A DNA stretch of 64,000 nt from an uncultured Verrucomicrobiae bacterium (GCA_963813025.1 CAWEXO010000013.1:96001-160000), one strand, 5' to 3'. Positions 19,152 to 29,464 are shown, numbered from the stretch's first letter. Numbers and translations are program-made. Notes: generated by a model from the letters alone, not told the origin.

Positions 19152-21499
19152 AAATCTCTTTGCGCTGGTTGCGGGAATTTTTCCCGCATGAACTCGGCCC
19201 GGAACCCATCGCGAATGCCTTGATCAATACCGGCGTCGAAGTCGCGGGAACCAGCCGGGCGGGTGTCAATGTCGAAAAAATCATCGTTGCCCAGATTGCT
19301 TCCGTCGAGCCACATCCGAATGCCGACCGGTTGAGCGTCTGTCTCGTAAACGATGGAAGCGACCAGCTCCGCCAGATTGTATGCGGGGCCACGAACTTCC
19401 AAGTATCGGATAAAGTCCCCTTAGCCTTGCCCGGAGCAGTTCTACCGAATGCGTTGCGCATCAGAAATAGCAAGATCCGCGGAGTGCAGTCAGAGGGCAT
19501 GCTTTGCAGTGCGCGCGAACTCGATCTCGCGGAAGACGCCGCCGGGCTTTTGATCCTTTCACCGGATGCGGTGATCGGTGAACCGCTCGCCTCTCTTTAC
19601 CCCGAAGACACGATTCTAGACCTGGAGATTACTCCGGATCGCCCCGATTTGTTGAGCTATCACGGAATCGCGCGTGAACTCTCGGCGATCTTTTCTCTGC
19701 CGGCCGAAATCAAGCTCCCGCATGTCCCGGAACCAAGCGACTGGGTGCGAGACCCGGCGCTCGTCAGGATCGAGGACCGGCAGGCGTGCCCATTCATTGC
19801 TTTTCGTGAGATTCGCGAAATCCGGGTAGGAGCAAGCCCGGAATGGCTGCGAAGACGCCTTGAGGCCTCCGGCGTCCGCGCCATCAACAATATCGTTGAC
19901 GCGACAAATTACGTGATGCTGGAAACGGGCAAACCACTTCACGCCTATGATCTGGAAGCGGTCGACGGCGGCATTCAGGTTCGATTTGCCCGGTCGGGCG
20001 AAAGCCTTGTTGCCCTGGACGGAAAGACCTACGAGCTGACTCCTGAGCAACTCGTCATAGCTGACGCCCAAAAGCTTCTTGGCCTTGGCGGTGTGATGGG
20101 CGGCGACGCTACTGGGGTGTCCGAACGGACTCGGAGCATTCTCCTCGAAAGCGCGTTGTTCTCCCCTCCGTTGATACGCCGGATGTCGCGGGGCTTAAGT
20201 CTGCTCTCTGAGGCGAGCTACCGATTTGAGCGCGGTGTCGATCCACGTTCCGCTGTACCCGCCTCGCAACGATGCGCTGAATTAATCCTTCAACTGGCCG
20301 CGGGACAGATCGACGAGGCTCTGCGGGTGGACGGTGCCGAAGCCGGACCCCGGCAATCCATCCGTCTGCGCCCAATCCGTTGTGTGCAGGTTTTGGGCAC
20401 GGCCGACGCGGATCCCGATAAAATCCTCCCGAGAATTGGTCTGCAAAAGCTCGGACCGGAGACATGGCTGGTGCCAAGTTACCGTCTCGATCTCCGAGAA
20501 GAAATTGACCTGATCGAGGAAGTTTGCCGGATCTACGGCATCGAGAAGGTGGCGGGACGCACTGTCGGCGCCGCGACGCCAAGCTCTCCTACGGACCGCG
20601 AGCATGACCGACGAATGGAGTTACGCCGAAAGCTGGTCGGGTTTGGCCTCTTCGAGGCGAAGACATTGGCTTTTATCGATGAGCCTGCACTCGCCCAGGC
20701 CTTCCGCCCGGCGATTGAGCCTTTCCGGTTGAGAAATCCTCTCGCCGAAGATCAGAACATTCTCCGGCCCTCGCTGATTCCGGGCCTGATTCGGGCGGCC
20801 GAGCGCAACTTCCAACGCAGTTCAAACAGCGTTCGCCTATTCGAGCTGGGCAAAGTATTTCAGAAGTCCAAGGTTGAAGAACGCATGCTGCTTGGAATGA
20901 TTGTCTCCGGCCAGGCAAAGCCGAGGACCTGGGACGGGCCGCCGGTTGTTTACGACTTTTTCGGGCTCAAAGGATTGATCACGGCGATAACCAACGCGGA
21001 AACAAATCTTGAGAGGTCCGATCCAACCGATTTTCTGGCGCTGATCTGCCGGGTATCCCTGGCAAATGGTACCTCGATCGGGTACGCCGGCCAGGTCCGG
21101 CCGGCGCTGGCAAAGGATCTGGGGGCGCGCGACGGCATTTTTGTCGCGGAGCTTGACTTCGAGGCGCTTCCGAGAAAGGCGGCTTTCTCTTTCCGGCCGC
21201 TTGATCGTTATCCGGCTGTCACGCGAGACGTGGCTTTCTTGATCGATGAGAAGGTCCCGTTTGCCTCTGTCCGAGAACTTCTTCAGTCGGCTCAGGAGCC
21301 GTTGCTCGTTGCTATCGACCTATTCGATTTTTTTGTTGACCCCGAAGGCCGGAAAGTTCCTCCCGGCCAAAAATCTCTGGCCTTGAGTTTGACTTATCGC
21401 TCGCCGGACCGAACGTTGACCCAGGACGAAGTCAATGCCGGCCATCAGCGTCTGAAAAGCTTGCTGGTGGCTCATCTTAAGGCGAGACTCCGCGAATAG
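19148..21499 (+). CDS. pheT: Phenylalanine--tRNA ligase beta subunit
   Basis: HPNADRL, IVCGA, GMLCS, RFERGVD and DLIEEV, plus an FDX-ACB C-terminus. Confidence 0.96.
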   Translation: MKISLRWLREFFPHELGPEPIANALINTGVEVAGTSRAGVNVEKIIVAQIASVEPHPNADRLSVCLVNDGSDQLRQIVCGATNFQVSDKVPLALPGAVLPNALRIRNSKIRGVQSEGMLCSARELDLAEDAAGLLILSPDAVIGEPLASLYPEDTILDLEITPDRPDLLSYHGIARELSAIFSLPAEIKLPHVPEPSDWVRDPALVRIEDRQACPFIAFREIREIRVGASPEWLRRRLEASGVRAINNIVDATNYVMLETGKPLHAYDLEAVDGGIQVRFARSGESLVALDGKTYELTPEQLVIADAQKLLGLGGVMGGDATGVSERTRSILLESALFSPPLIRRMSRGLSLLSEASYRFERGVDPRSAVPASQRCAELILQLAAGQIDEALRVDGAEAGPRQSIRLRPIRCVQVLGTADADPDKILPRIGLQKLGPETWLVPSYRLDLREEIDLIEEVCRIYGIEKVAGRTVGAATPSSPTDREHDRRMELRRKLVGFGLFEAKTLAFIDEPALAQAFRPAIEPFRLRNPLAEDQNILRPSLIPGLIRAAERNFQRSSNSVRLFELGKVFQKSKVEERMLLGMIVSGQAKPRTWDGPPVVYDFFGLKGLITAITNAETNLERSDPTDFLALICRVSLANGTSIGYAGQVRPALAKDLGARDGIFVAELDFEALPRKAAFSFRPLDRYPAVTRDVAFLIDEKVPFASVRELLQSAQEPLLVAIDLFDFFVDPEGRKVPPGQKSLALSLTYRSPDRTLTQDEVNAGHQRLKSLLVAHLKARLRE

Positions 21500-21520
21500 T
21501 TCTTTCCAGCTTTTTTGAGT

Positions 21521-21700
21521 TTGCCCTGCGGTGTTCGGGATTTTAGGCCAATGCCCCAGACCCGATATAACGATCCCAGGAGGCTAGGTCGAGCGTGACT
21601 ATATGACAGGCCTTGATTGGAAGTCAGCATTACGCCGACGGTTATCCACCCTTGTGCTCAAGGGAATGGGAGCTTCGCCTGAACGGCATTGTCGGGGCAA
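21521..21700 (+). ncRNA. ssrS: Probable 6S RNA
   Basis: 180 nt. The 5' ttgccctgcggtgttcggg pairs with the 3' cctgaacggcattgtcggggcaa as a closing stem with bulges. Lies just downstream of pheT, a known 6S context. Confidence 0.72.
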
Positions 21701-21869
21701 TCTCTTCTCTGGATGATTTCTGGTTGATATTTAGCAGAGCCAAGTATTGCTCCCGCTGCTCTCTGTTTGCTAATCTTTCGATTGTCGCGCTTTGCACGAC
21801 CGCGAAGTGAGACGGTTGTCGCCGGTTTTAAACAGTATCACCCATCAGTCTCTTTTCGGACAAACAGTT

Positions 21870-22118
21870 ATGCTACACATTCTCTGGTCAATCATCGTTG
21901 GCTTCATCGTTGGATGGATCGCGAAGTCGATAATGCACATCCATCTGGGTTTTGTTCTGACGGCCTTGCTTGGCATCATCGGGTCCATCATTGGAGGCCT
22001 TATCGCCCGGCTTTGGTCGAAACCGGCCGAGGGCTCGGCATTCCATCCCGGCGGAATTATTATGTCGGTTATCGGAGCGCTGATCCTTCTGTTTATCGTC
22101 CGCCTGGTAACCGGTTAG
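21870..22118 (+). CDS. GlsB/YeaQ/YmgE (transglycosylase-associated) membrane protein
   Basis: IIVGFIVGWIA...LGIIGSIIGG...SVIGALILL. Confidence 0.88.
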   Translation: MLHILWSIIVGFIVGWIAKSIMHIHLGFVLTALLGIIGSIIGGLIARLWSKPAEGSAFHPGGIIMSVIGALILLFIVRLVTG

Positions 22119-22453
22119 CCCGGTGGCCAGGCCAGCGCTCGTCCCCCGAGCAGATGCACATGGAGGTGCGGCACTGTTTCTCCGCCATTCCGTCCATTAT
22201 TGATCACCAGGCGATAACCGCTTTGCTCAATGCCAAGCGTTCCGGCAAGACTTTTTGCGGTCAAAAGGAGCTTTCCCAATAACCGTTCATCGTTATTTGA
22301 GGCGGCCGCCAAGCGCGAAACCGGGCGCTTCGGCACAATCAGGACATGGACCGGTGCCTGCGGATTGACATCGTGGAATGCGAGCACTTCATCGTCTTCG
22401 AAGGCAATCTTTGCCGGTATCTCGCGTGCAATGATTTTCTCGAAGAGTGTCAT
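22115..22453 (-). CDS. hinT: Histidine triad nucleotide-binding protein
   Basis: FHDVNPQAPVHVL and HLHVHLLGGR...WPPG. Confidence 0.92.
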   Translation of the reverse strand: MTLFEKIIAREIPAKIAFEDDEVLAFHDVNPQAPVHVLIVPKRPVSRLAAASNNDERLLGKLLLTAKSLAGTLGIEQSGYRLVINNGRNGGETVPHLHVHLLGGRALAWPPG

Positions 22454-22610
22454 CGGATTGTCAGTAAGACAGGCTCGGGGCCGTTGAGTCGGAGAAATTC
22501 CACTCGGACAAACCCGATGATTTCGTTGCGGCAGCCGCACATCCGTGGCAGGCGGATCGGCTTGGTCCGGTCCTGGTAGCGCAGTACTGGCAGATGTTCC
22601 TTAAGTGCGA

Positions 22611-23102
22611 TCACGGAACGAAGAGGTCAGGTTGTTGTGCGCTCCTTTTGGTCTTTCTTTCCAGCGATTCAATCTCGTGGATGAATTCGCCGATATCCTG
22701 AAACTGCCGATAAACCGATGCGTAGCGAATGTAAGCGACATCGTCAAGCGAGTGAAGCCGTTCCATCACACGGATGCCGATCGCGCTGCTCGGGACTTCG
22801 CTGTCATGTGTCTGCTCGATTTCCTGGATGATTTCTTCGGCGGCACGCTCTATCGCGTCATAACTCACCGGACGCTTCTCGCAAGCCTTGACAATCCCGT
22901 TTAAGAGCTTTTGCCGGTCGAACGGCTCATGGCGTCCATCCCGCTTGATCACCCGGATATCCCGGCGTTCGATCTCTTCGTAAGTGGTGAAGCGGTATTG
23001 GCATGCAAGACACTCGCGCCGGCGTCGAATCGCTGAACCACCCTTGGCAGAGCGCGAGTCTATCACCTTGTCCTCTAGATTTCCGCATTTAGGACACCGC
23101 AT
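22611..23102 (-). CDS. nrdR: Transcriptional repressor NrdR
   Basis: MRCPKC, RRRRECLAC..RFTTYE, ATP cone and AYIRYASVY. Confidence 0.96.
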   Translation of the reverse strand: MRCPKCGNLEDKVIDSRSAKGGSAIRRRRECLACQYRFTTYEEIERRDIRVIKRDGRHEPFDRQKLLNGIVKACEKRPVSYDAIERAAEEIIQEIEQTHDSEVPSSAIGIRVMERLHSLDDVAYIRYASVYRQFQDIGEFIHEIESLERKTKRSAQQPDLFVP

Positions 23103-23228
23103 CCGAGTGGTCGACGAACAACCACAAGATATTGTGTTTGGGTTTTTGCAAAATACAAGAACAAGTTTTGGGGTATGCATAGGACATGTCGGACCTGCAG
23201 GACCTCTTCGACCTCTGGGAAGGAAGCG

Positions 23229-24707
23229 CTAGCCCGCTTGCTCACGTGCGCGGTTCTCGAAACGGGTAAACTCTTTGATAAACGTCAGCCCGACATCTCC
23301 AGTCGGACCGTTGCGCTGCTTCGCGATGATGAGTTCCGCTTCGCCCGCTTTATCCTGCTTGGCTTCTTCGTCCAGTTCGTAGTACTCGGGGCGGACAAGA
23401 AGACCGACTACATCGGCATCCTGCTCAATTGATCCAGACTCCCGGAGATCACTGAGACGCGGACGCCCACCTTCCTTGGCGCGCGTGTCGGGTTGACGAT
23501 TCAGCTGGGCGATGACAATGATTGGTATACTCAGCTCTTTGGCCAGAGCTTTCACTCCGCCCGAGATCTCGGAAATCTCAAGTTGGCGATTGTCTTGCGC
23601 GCGCCGGCTCGTCGAACGGAGCAGCTGGAGGTAATCGACGACAAGCAGCTGGATATCATATTGCGATTTCAGGCGTCGCGCTTTCGCGCGCAACTCGATC
23701 ACACTCAGACCGGGCGTATCGTCGATATATAGCTTGGCGGCGGCAAGTTTAGCTGCCGCATTCGTGAGGTTTGGAAAGTCGCGCTCGGCCAGAAACCCAT
23801 TGCGCACGCGTTGCAAGTTGACTCTCGCTCGGGAACAGAGCAAGCGCTGAACCAATTGCTGGCTGCTCATCTCCAGGCTGAAGACCGCTACCGCCTTTCC
23901 GATATCCAGCGAGACGTGCTCCGCGATATTCATCGCCAGCGCGGTCTTTCCCATGCTCGGGCGAGCCGCAATGACAATCATTTCGGCCGGATGCATGCCG
24001 CTCGTCATCCGGTCGAGCTCGATAAAGCCGGTGGGCAAACCGGTAACCGAGCCGCGGTTTTCATACAGTTTCTCGATCTGCTCGATCGCTTCCATTACGA
24101 GATCCTTGGTAGGAGTAATCTCGGTTTTGACGTGTTCGCCCGTGATCGCGAAGATCTCGCGCTCGGCGCTATCGAGCAGTGGCTCCAGCTCTTCTTGATT
24201 CTCGTAGCACTGGCTGGAAAGGGAATTGCAGGTGAGAATCAGGCGGCGCAAAATATACTTTTCGCGGACAATCTCGATGTAATAGCTGGCGTTGGCGGCT
24301 GTCGGGATGAAGCTGTAGAGCTCATTGAGGTATTCGACTCCACCGATATCCTCCAGCTGTCCTCGGTCTTTGAGACTTTGTCGGAGCGTGACAAAGTCGA
24401 TTGGTTTGCTCTTGTCCCCAAACTCCAGCACCAGGTCGTAAACGATCCGATGGGCCGGAAGGTAGAAAGCATCGGAGGGCAGACGCAGGATGCACACGTC
24501 GGCTACGTCGCGCGGCGCGAGAAGCAGGGAGCAGAGGACGCCCTTTTCGCCATCCTCGCTGAACGGAAGAGATCGAGGTACTTCTTTGCCGGTGAAAACC
24601 GTGTGAGTACTTTGTGAGTAACTCGTTTTCGCTTCCGCAGTGGCCGTCCCTTGCAGCGTGAAGGGTTTCTCAGAAGGTTGCACAAAACCTTGAGAACCTT
24701 TGGCCAT
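23229..24707 (-). CDS. dnaB: Replicative DNA helicase
   Basis: AARPSMGKT, DYLQL, SDLRESGSIEQDAD and KQRNGPTG. No intein. Confidence 0.97.
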   Translation of the reverse strand: MAKGSQGFVQPSEKPFTLQGTATAEAKTSYSQSTHTVFTGKEVPRSLPFSEDGEKGVLCSLLLAPRDVADVCILRLPSDAFYLPAHRIVYDLVLEFGDKSKPIDFVTLRQSLKDRGQLEDIGGVEYLNELYSFIPTAANASYYIEIVREKYILRRLILTCNSLSSQCYENQEELEPLLDSAEREIFAITGEHVKTEITPTKDLVMEAIEQIEKLYENRGSVTGLPTGFIELDRMTSGMHPAEMIVIAARPSMGKTALAMNIAEHVSLDIGKAVAVFSLEMSSQQLVQRLLCSRARVNLQRVRNGFLAERDFPNLTNAAAKLAAAKLYIDDTPGLSVIELRAKARRLKSQYDIQLLVVDYLQLLRSTSRRAQDNRQLEISEISGGVKALAKELSIPIIVIAQLNRQPDTRAKEGGRPRLSDLRESGSIEQDADVVGLLVRPEYYELDEEAKQDKAGEAELIIAKQRNGPTGDVGLTFIKEFTRFENRAREQAG

Positions 24708-24713
24708 TCCTGA

Positions 24714-25247
24714 TCACGTCGAACTTTTGGTCTTCTTTCTCGTTTTTGTTTTGACGGCGCTCTCCTGCGTCGGTTCTTCGGCCGGTCTCAACGTGTGCGC
24801 CTGAACATTGATCTTCAGCGTCGCACTAACGTCGTGATGCAACCGAATCGGAATTTCCTGTTCACCGGTTTCTTTGATCGCTCGGTCCAACTGGATGCGG
24901 TGTCGATCCACCGTGATGCCGGTTTCAGCAAGCAGCGCTTCTTCGAGGTCTTTGGCGGTGACGGAACCGAAAGCTTTCCCGGTCTCACCCGTCTCGAGAC
25001 GAAATTGCAAAGTGGTCTTGTTGATCTTGCGGGCGATTTCCTGCGCTTCATTCAACTCGCGCGCCTCCCGTTCGGCCCGCTGCGCCTTGAGTGTCGTCAG
25101 GTTCCTCAGATTCCCCGCAGTGACTTCGTAGGCTTTAGCCCGCGGGATCAGAAAGTTACGAGCGAAACCTTTGCGCACCTTCACGATGTCCGCTTCCGCT
25201 CCTAAGCCGGGAATACTTTCTCTGAGAATAATTTCGGTAAAAGCCAT
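24714..25247 (-). CDS. rplI: 50S ribosomal protein L9
   Basis: VKVRKGFARNFLIP and GKAFGSVT. Confidence 0.95.
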   Translation of the reverse strand: MAFTEIILRESIPGLGAEADIVKVRKGFARNFLIPRAKAYEVTAGNLRNLTTLKAQRAEREARELNEAQEIARKINKTTLQFRLETGETGKAFGSVTAKDLEEALLAETGITVDRHRIQLDRAIKETGEQEIPIRLHHDVSATLKINVQAHTLRPAEEPTQESAVKTKTRKKTKSST

Positions 25248-25280
25248 GTCAGTGCGCTTCGAGTTGGGAGGGGACAGATA

Positions 25281-25634
25281 CTATCGCCGGTTTTGAGTGT
25301 CAAGCGAACCGCTATCCAATCCGTCGCTCAACTCTTTGAGCGCGGTTTCGCGGTCAGGATAAATCTGAAAAACCTGATCGAGCTTCGCGATCTCGAACAC
25401 CATGCGAACGTTCTCCCGCAGACTGGTGAGGCCGATTCTTCCGCCATATTGGCGCGCCCGTTGCAGCGCGTCGATGAAGATAGCAATCCCCGAGCTATCC
25501 ACGTAGGTCACCTCGGAGAGGTCGATGACTATAGGGTTGCTTCGGTTATCGAGCAGCGGGTCAAGCTGGGCCATGACTTTTGGCTTCTCGTTCAGATCAA
25601 TTTCACCGCTGAGATGCAACACATGAGCAGCCAT
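25281..25634 (-). CDS. STAS-domain anti-sigma-factor antagonist
   Basis: LSGEID and DLSEVTYVDSSG. Confidence 0.9.
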   Translation of the reverse strand: MAAHVLHLSGEIDLNEKPKVMAQLDPLLDNRSNPIVIDLSEVTYVDSSGIAIFIDALQRARQYGGRIGLTSLRENVRMVFEIAKLDQVFQIYPDRETALKELSDGLDSGSLDTQNRR

Positions 25635-25676
25635 GAAAACGCCCCGAACTTAGCAGCCCCTTTTACGCCAGCAACG

Positions 25677-26261
25677 TCATTCCCCCGAACCAACTTCGGG
25701 AGCAAGCGCTTCTTCTCCTTCTTCCGGTGCGAATTTGCGTCTGCGCTTGTTGGCTGGAAGCGGTGAGAGGGTCATGCTGATACTTTTGCCCATCAATTTC
25801 GGTTCCATCTCGACCTGACCCATAGAGGTAAGGTCGTTTTTCAAGCGCTGCATCAGACCGTACCCCAGCTCCTTGTGCGTCATCTCGCGGCCGCGAAACT
25901 GGAGTTGCGCCTTTACCTTATTGCCTTTGTCCAGAAACTCCTCAGCATGCCGAACTTTAATCAAATAGTCGTGCGGGTCGATGTTAACCCGAAATTTGAT
26001 TTCCTTCAGTTTCGAAGAGACCGATTTCCGGTCTTTGTCCTGCTTGGAAAGGTCGTAACGATACTTTCCAAAATCGACAATCTTACATACCGGCGGGTTG
26101 GCGGTTGGCGCGACTTCGACGAGGTCAAGCCCAAGCGACTGGGCCCGGCGCAAGGCGTCCTGTATCTTCATGATGCCCAACTGCTCGTTGGTTGCACCCA
26201 GAATCACGCGAACTTCGCGTGAACGAATTCGACCGTTGACTCGAATCTGCTGTTGCTGAAT
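25677..26261 (-). CDS. infC: Translation initiation factor IF-3, ATT start
   Basis: LDLVEVAP..PPVCKI and FRGRE. The frame extends upstream to ATT (26261) IQQQQIRVNGRIR with GAGGAG 8 nt before it. Confidence 0.94.
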   Translation of the reverse strand: MQQQQIRVNGRIRSREVRVILGATNEQLGIMKIQDALRRAQSLGLDLVEVAPTANPPVCKIVDFGKYRYDLSKQDKDRKSVSSKLKEIKFRVNIDPHDYLIKVRHAEEFLDKGNKVKAQLQFRGREMTHKELGYGLMQRLKNDLTSMGQVEMEPKLMGKSISMTLSPLPANKRRRKFAPEEGEEALAPEVGSGE

Positions 26262-26309
26262 AGATTTTTCTCCTCAATCAAGAGTGCTCTCGAGAGCCAA
26301 AGACCGCAC

Positions 26310-28187
26310 TCAGTCAAGTTGCCGTTCCACAATTTCGTTTTGGACTCTCTCTACAAATTGCGACACACGAATGGCTCCCTCTTCACCGTTTTTCCGGCTG
26401 CGTACCGCGACTTCACCTGCCGCTTCTTCTCGTGCCCCGAGGACCAACATATAGGGGACCTTCGCAAGCTGAGCAAGGCGAATCTTGGCACCGATTTTGT
26501 CGGCACTTTCGTCGAGCCTTACGCGTACTTTGGAGGCATTTAACAGTTCCTCGACCTGTCGAGCAAACGAAAGATGCTTGCTGGAGATCGGCAAAATCCG
26601 GACCTGCTCGGGAGCTAACCAGAGCGGGAATGCCCCGGCAAAGTGCTCGATCAACACGCCGCAAAACCGTTCCAGAGACCCTAAGGGCGCCCGATGGATC
26701 ATAATCGGGCGCTCAGCCACGTTTTCGGAGGAGGTGTACTTGAGGTCGAATCGTTCCGGCAAATTGTAGTCAACCTGCACCGTGCCGAGCTGCCACTGTC
26801 GTCCAATCGCGTCCTTCACCATGAAATCCATTTTCGGACCGTAGAAAGCGGCCTCGCCGATTTCCTCGACGAACGGCAGCTGCACGCTTCTTCCGGCCCG
26901 GCGGAGCGCCTCTTCGGCCCGGTCCCACATCTCCCCCGCGCCGACGTACTTGGTCGCGTCCGGATCACGTAACCCGAGCCGGGCTTTGAAATCGGTCAGA
27001 CCGAGAGTACGCAAAACCTTCAAACCCAGATCAAAACACTGATAAATCTCGTTTTCCAGCTGTTCTCCGGTGCAGAAGATGTGACCATCATCCTGGGTGA
27101 ATCCGCGGACCCTGGTCATACCGCCCAATTCACCGGACTGTTCCCAGCGATAGACGGTCCCGAACTCCGACAAACGGATCGGCAGATCCCGATAGGAATA
27201 CGGTTCCGAAGCGTAGATCTTGATGTGCATCGGACAGTTCATGGGCTTGAGCAGGTATCCGCTCAGTTCACCTGCCTGCAGACGATTGGCCAGTTCGGCA
27301 CAGGAGCAGCCTTCCCCGGCGAGGGTCGCGAGTTCTTCCGGTTCAATTAGAGGCGGGAACTGCGATTCTCGATAATAGGGATAGTGGCCCGACGTTCGAA
27401 AAAGATCGAGATGTCCGATATGCGGCGTAAAAACCTCGCGGTAGCCCTGCTTCGCGAGTTCCTCCGAGATGAATGTCTGCAGCTCTTTGCGGATGATCGC
27501 TCCATTTGGCTTCCACAACACCAGACCCTGGCCCACTTGCTCGTCGATCTGGAAAAGCCCAAGATCACGTCCGAGCCGGCGATGATCACGCCGCTTTGCT
27601 TCCTCCAGTCTGTGAAAATAGCGCTCGAGCTCGGCCTCTGTTCCAAAGGACGTGCCGTACACCCGCTGCAGCTGCGGATTACGAGCGTCACCCTTGAAGT
27701 AGGCGCTGGCGACATTGGTGAGGCGGAACGCGCCGATGTTCCCGGTTCTCGGAACGTGTGGTCCGGCGCAGAGATCTTGGAAATCGCCGTTCCGGTAAAG
27801 GGAGATCTCCTCGTTTTCTGGTATGCTCTTAAGAATCTCGAGTTTGTATTTGCTCGGTTGAGAGCGATAGCCGAGCGATCCAAGCCGTCCTTCTTCGGCC
27901 AAACGCACTGCCTCGGCACGGGAAACAACGAGCCGCTCAAAGGGTTCGTCAGCACGCACCACCTTGTTCATCTCCGTCTCGATTTGGGAGAAGTCCTCGG
28001 GCGAAATCCGGTGAGCCAATTCCAGATCGTAGTAAAACCCATTTTCCACTGGTGGTCCGGCCGCAAATTGAGCGTCAGGCCAGATCCGAAGAATCGCGGT
28101 CGCCAGGACGTGAGCGCTGGAGTGCCTCAGCGTCTCCAGCTCTGACATGGCTCGACGCTCTTCGAGAGATTTCCGGTTGTCCGCCAT
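26310..28187 (-). CDS. thrS: Threonine--tRNA ligase
   Basis: RHSSAH, DLCAGPH, KPMNCP, RVRGFTQDD and AAFYGPK. Confidence 0.97.
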   Translation of the reverse strand: MADNRKSLEERRAMSELETLRHSSAHVLATAILRIWPDAQFAAGPPVENGFYYDLELAHRISPEDFSQIETEMNKVVRADEPFERLVVSRAEAVRLAEEGRLGSLGYRSQPSKYKLEILKSIPENEEISLYRNGDFQDLCAGPHVPRTGNIGAFRLTNVASAYFKGDARNPQLQRVYGTSFGTEAELERYFHRLEEAKRRDHRRLGRDLGLFQIDEQVGQGLVLWKPNGAIIRKELQTFISEELAKQGYREVFTPHIGHLDLFRTSGHYPYYRESQFPPLIEPEELATLAGEGCSCAELANRLQAGELSGYLLKPMNCPMHIKIYASEPYSYRDLPIRLSEFGTVYRWEQSGELGGMTRVRGFTQDDGHIFCTGEQLENEIYQCFDLGLKVLRTLGLTDFKARLGLRDPDATKYVGAGEMWDRAEEALRRAGRSVQLPFVEEIGEAAFYGPKMDFMVKDAIGRQWQLGTVQVDYNLPERFDLKYTSSENVAERPIMIHRAPLGSLERFCGVLIEHFAGAFPLWLAPEQVRILPISSKHLSFARQVEELLNASKVRVRLDESADKIGAKIRLAQLAKVPYMLVLGAREEAAGEVAVRSRKNGEEGAIRVSQFVERVQNEIVERQLD

Positions 28188-28278
28188 GCGGCGGACGTTA
28201 CACGACGGAGTCGGGTGCGACAACTTTCCATCCGAGCCGGTCGAGCTATAGTGCGTTGAGATTTTCGGTCCAGGAAAA

Positions 28279-29325
28279 ATGCCAATGAACGAAACAGATG
28301 TCGCGATTTTTGGTGCCAGCGGTTATTCAGGCGAAGAGCTGCTTCGGCTGCTGGTGCGGCATCCGGGCGCCCGAATCCGCTACCTGACATCGCGACATCA
28401 CGCCGGCAAAACAGTGGCGGCAGTCTTTCCCTGGGTGGATGAGCGCACGCCGGTGGGACAGCTTCGGTTTGTCGAGCCGGATATCGCAAAAATAGCCGGC
28501 GATGGTGTCCGGATCGCGTTCCTGGCCTTGCCACATGGGGCAGCGGCGGAGCATGCGGCAAAGTTGCTGGCTGCCGGCTTCAGGACGATCGATTTAAGCG
28601 CTGATTTTCGCCTGAAATCGTTGTCTGTTTACCAGGAATTTTACGGAAACGAGCACCCGGCGCCGGAGCTTTTGGGAAAGGCCGTCTATGGACTTCCGGA
28701 GCTCTATCGGGAAGCGATTAAGGGCGCCGATCTGGTGGCATGCCCTGGTTGCTATCCCACGAGCATTCTTTTGCCTTTGGTGCCTCTGGTTCGACAACGC
28801 CTCATTCGCCCCGAAACAGCGATCGTTTTCAGCCTGAGCGGGGTGAGTGGCGCTGGGCGCAAAGCGGAAATTGCCCTACTCTTTGTTGAGTGCAACGAGA
28901 GTGTCCGGGCCTACGGTTTGCCCCGGCATCGCCATCTCTCAGAAATCGAGCAGGAGCTGTCCTTCGCGGCCGGGCGTCCCGTCCAGATCCAGTTCGCGCC
29001 TCACTTGGTGCCGATCAGCCGAGGCATCCTGACAACGATTCATGTGGAACCGGAAGGAAAGATCACTGAAGAGCAGCTGACGGCAGCTTTCCGCGATGCC
29101 TATGGTGAAGAACGTTTTGTCCGGCTGCTCGGGCCTGGAAAATTCCCAGATGTCAAACACGTCGCGTTCAATAACCGGCTCGATATCGGTTGGCAAGTGG
29201 ACCCGCGAACGGGCAAGGTTATTGTCCTATCCGCCGAGGACAATTTGGTGAAAGGCGCGGCGGGACAGGCGGTGCAATGTCTCAACATCATGCAGGGTTG
29301 GGATGAGGACGAGGGGCTGGGGTGA
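28279..29325 (+). CDS. argC: N-acetyl-gamma-glutamyl-phosphate reductase
   Basis: GASGYSG, PGCYPT, SGVSGAG and DNLVKGAAGQA. Confidence 0.96.
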   Translation: MPMNETDVAIFGASGYSGEELLRLLVRHPGARIRYLTSRHHAGKTVAAVFPWVDERTPVGQLRFVEPDIAKIAGDGVRIAFLALPHGAAAEHAAKLLAAGFRTIDLSADFRLKSLSVYQEFYGNEHPAPELLGKAVYGLPELYREAIKGADLVACPGCYPTSILLPLVPLVRQRLIRPETAIVFSLSGVSGAGRKAEIALLFVECNESVRAYGLPRHRHLSEIEQELSFAAGRPVQIQFAPHLVPISRGILTTIHVEPEGKITEEQLTAAFRDAYGEERFVRLLGPGKFPDVKHVAFNNRLDIGWQVDPRTGKVIVLSAEDNLVKGAAGQAVQCLNIMQGWDEDEGLG

Positions 29326-29464
29326 GGAGTTGGGTGGTGTTCAGGAGTTCAGGAACCCAGGAGGGTCGCGTCGCAAAGTCTTACACCCAGCGAGGCGAGC
29401 TGAGATCGCGCGAGGTGACTCCTTAGCTCCTGAACCCCTGCGACTCCTCCAACTCCTGAACTCC
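29326..29464. repeat. Inverted arrays of an ~8-bp unit (GGAGTTCA / TGAACTCC)
   Basis: gttcaggagttcagg ... ctcctgaacccc ... ctcctgaactcc. Confidence 0.65.
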
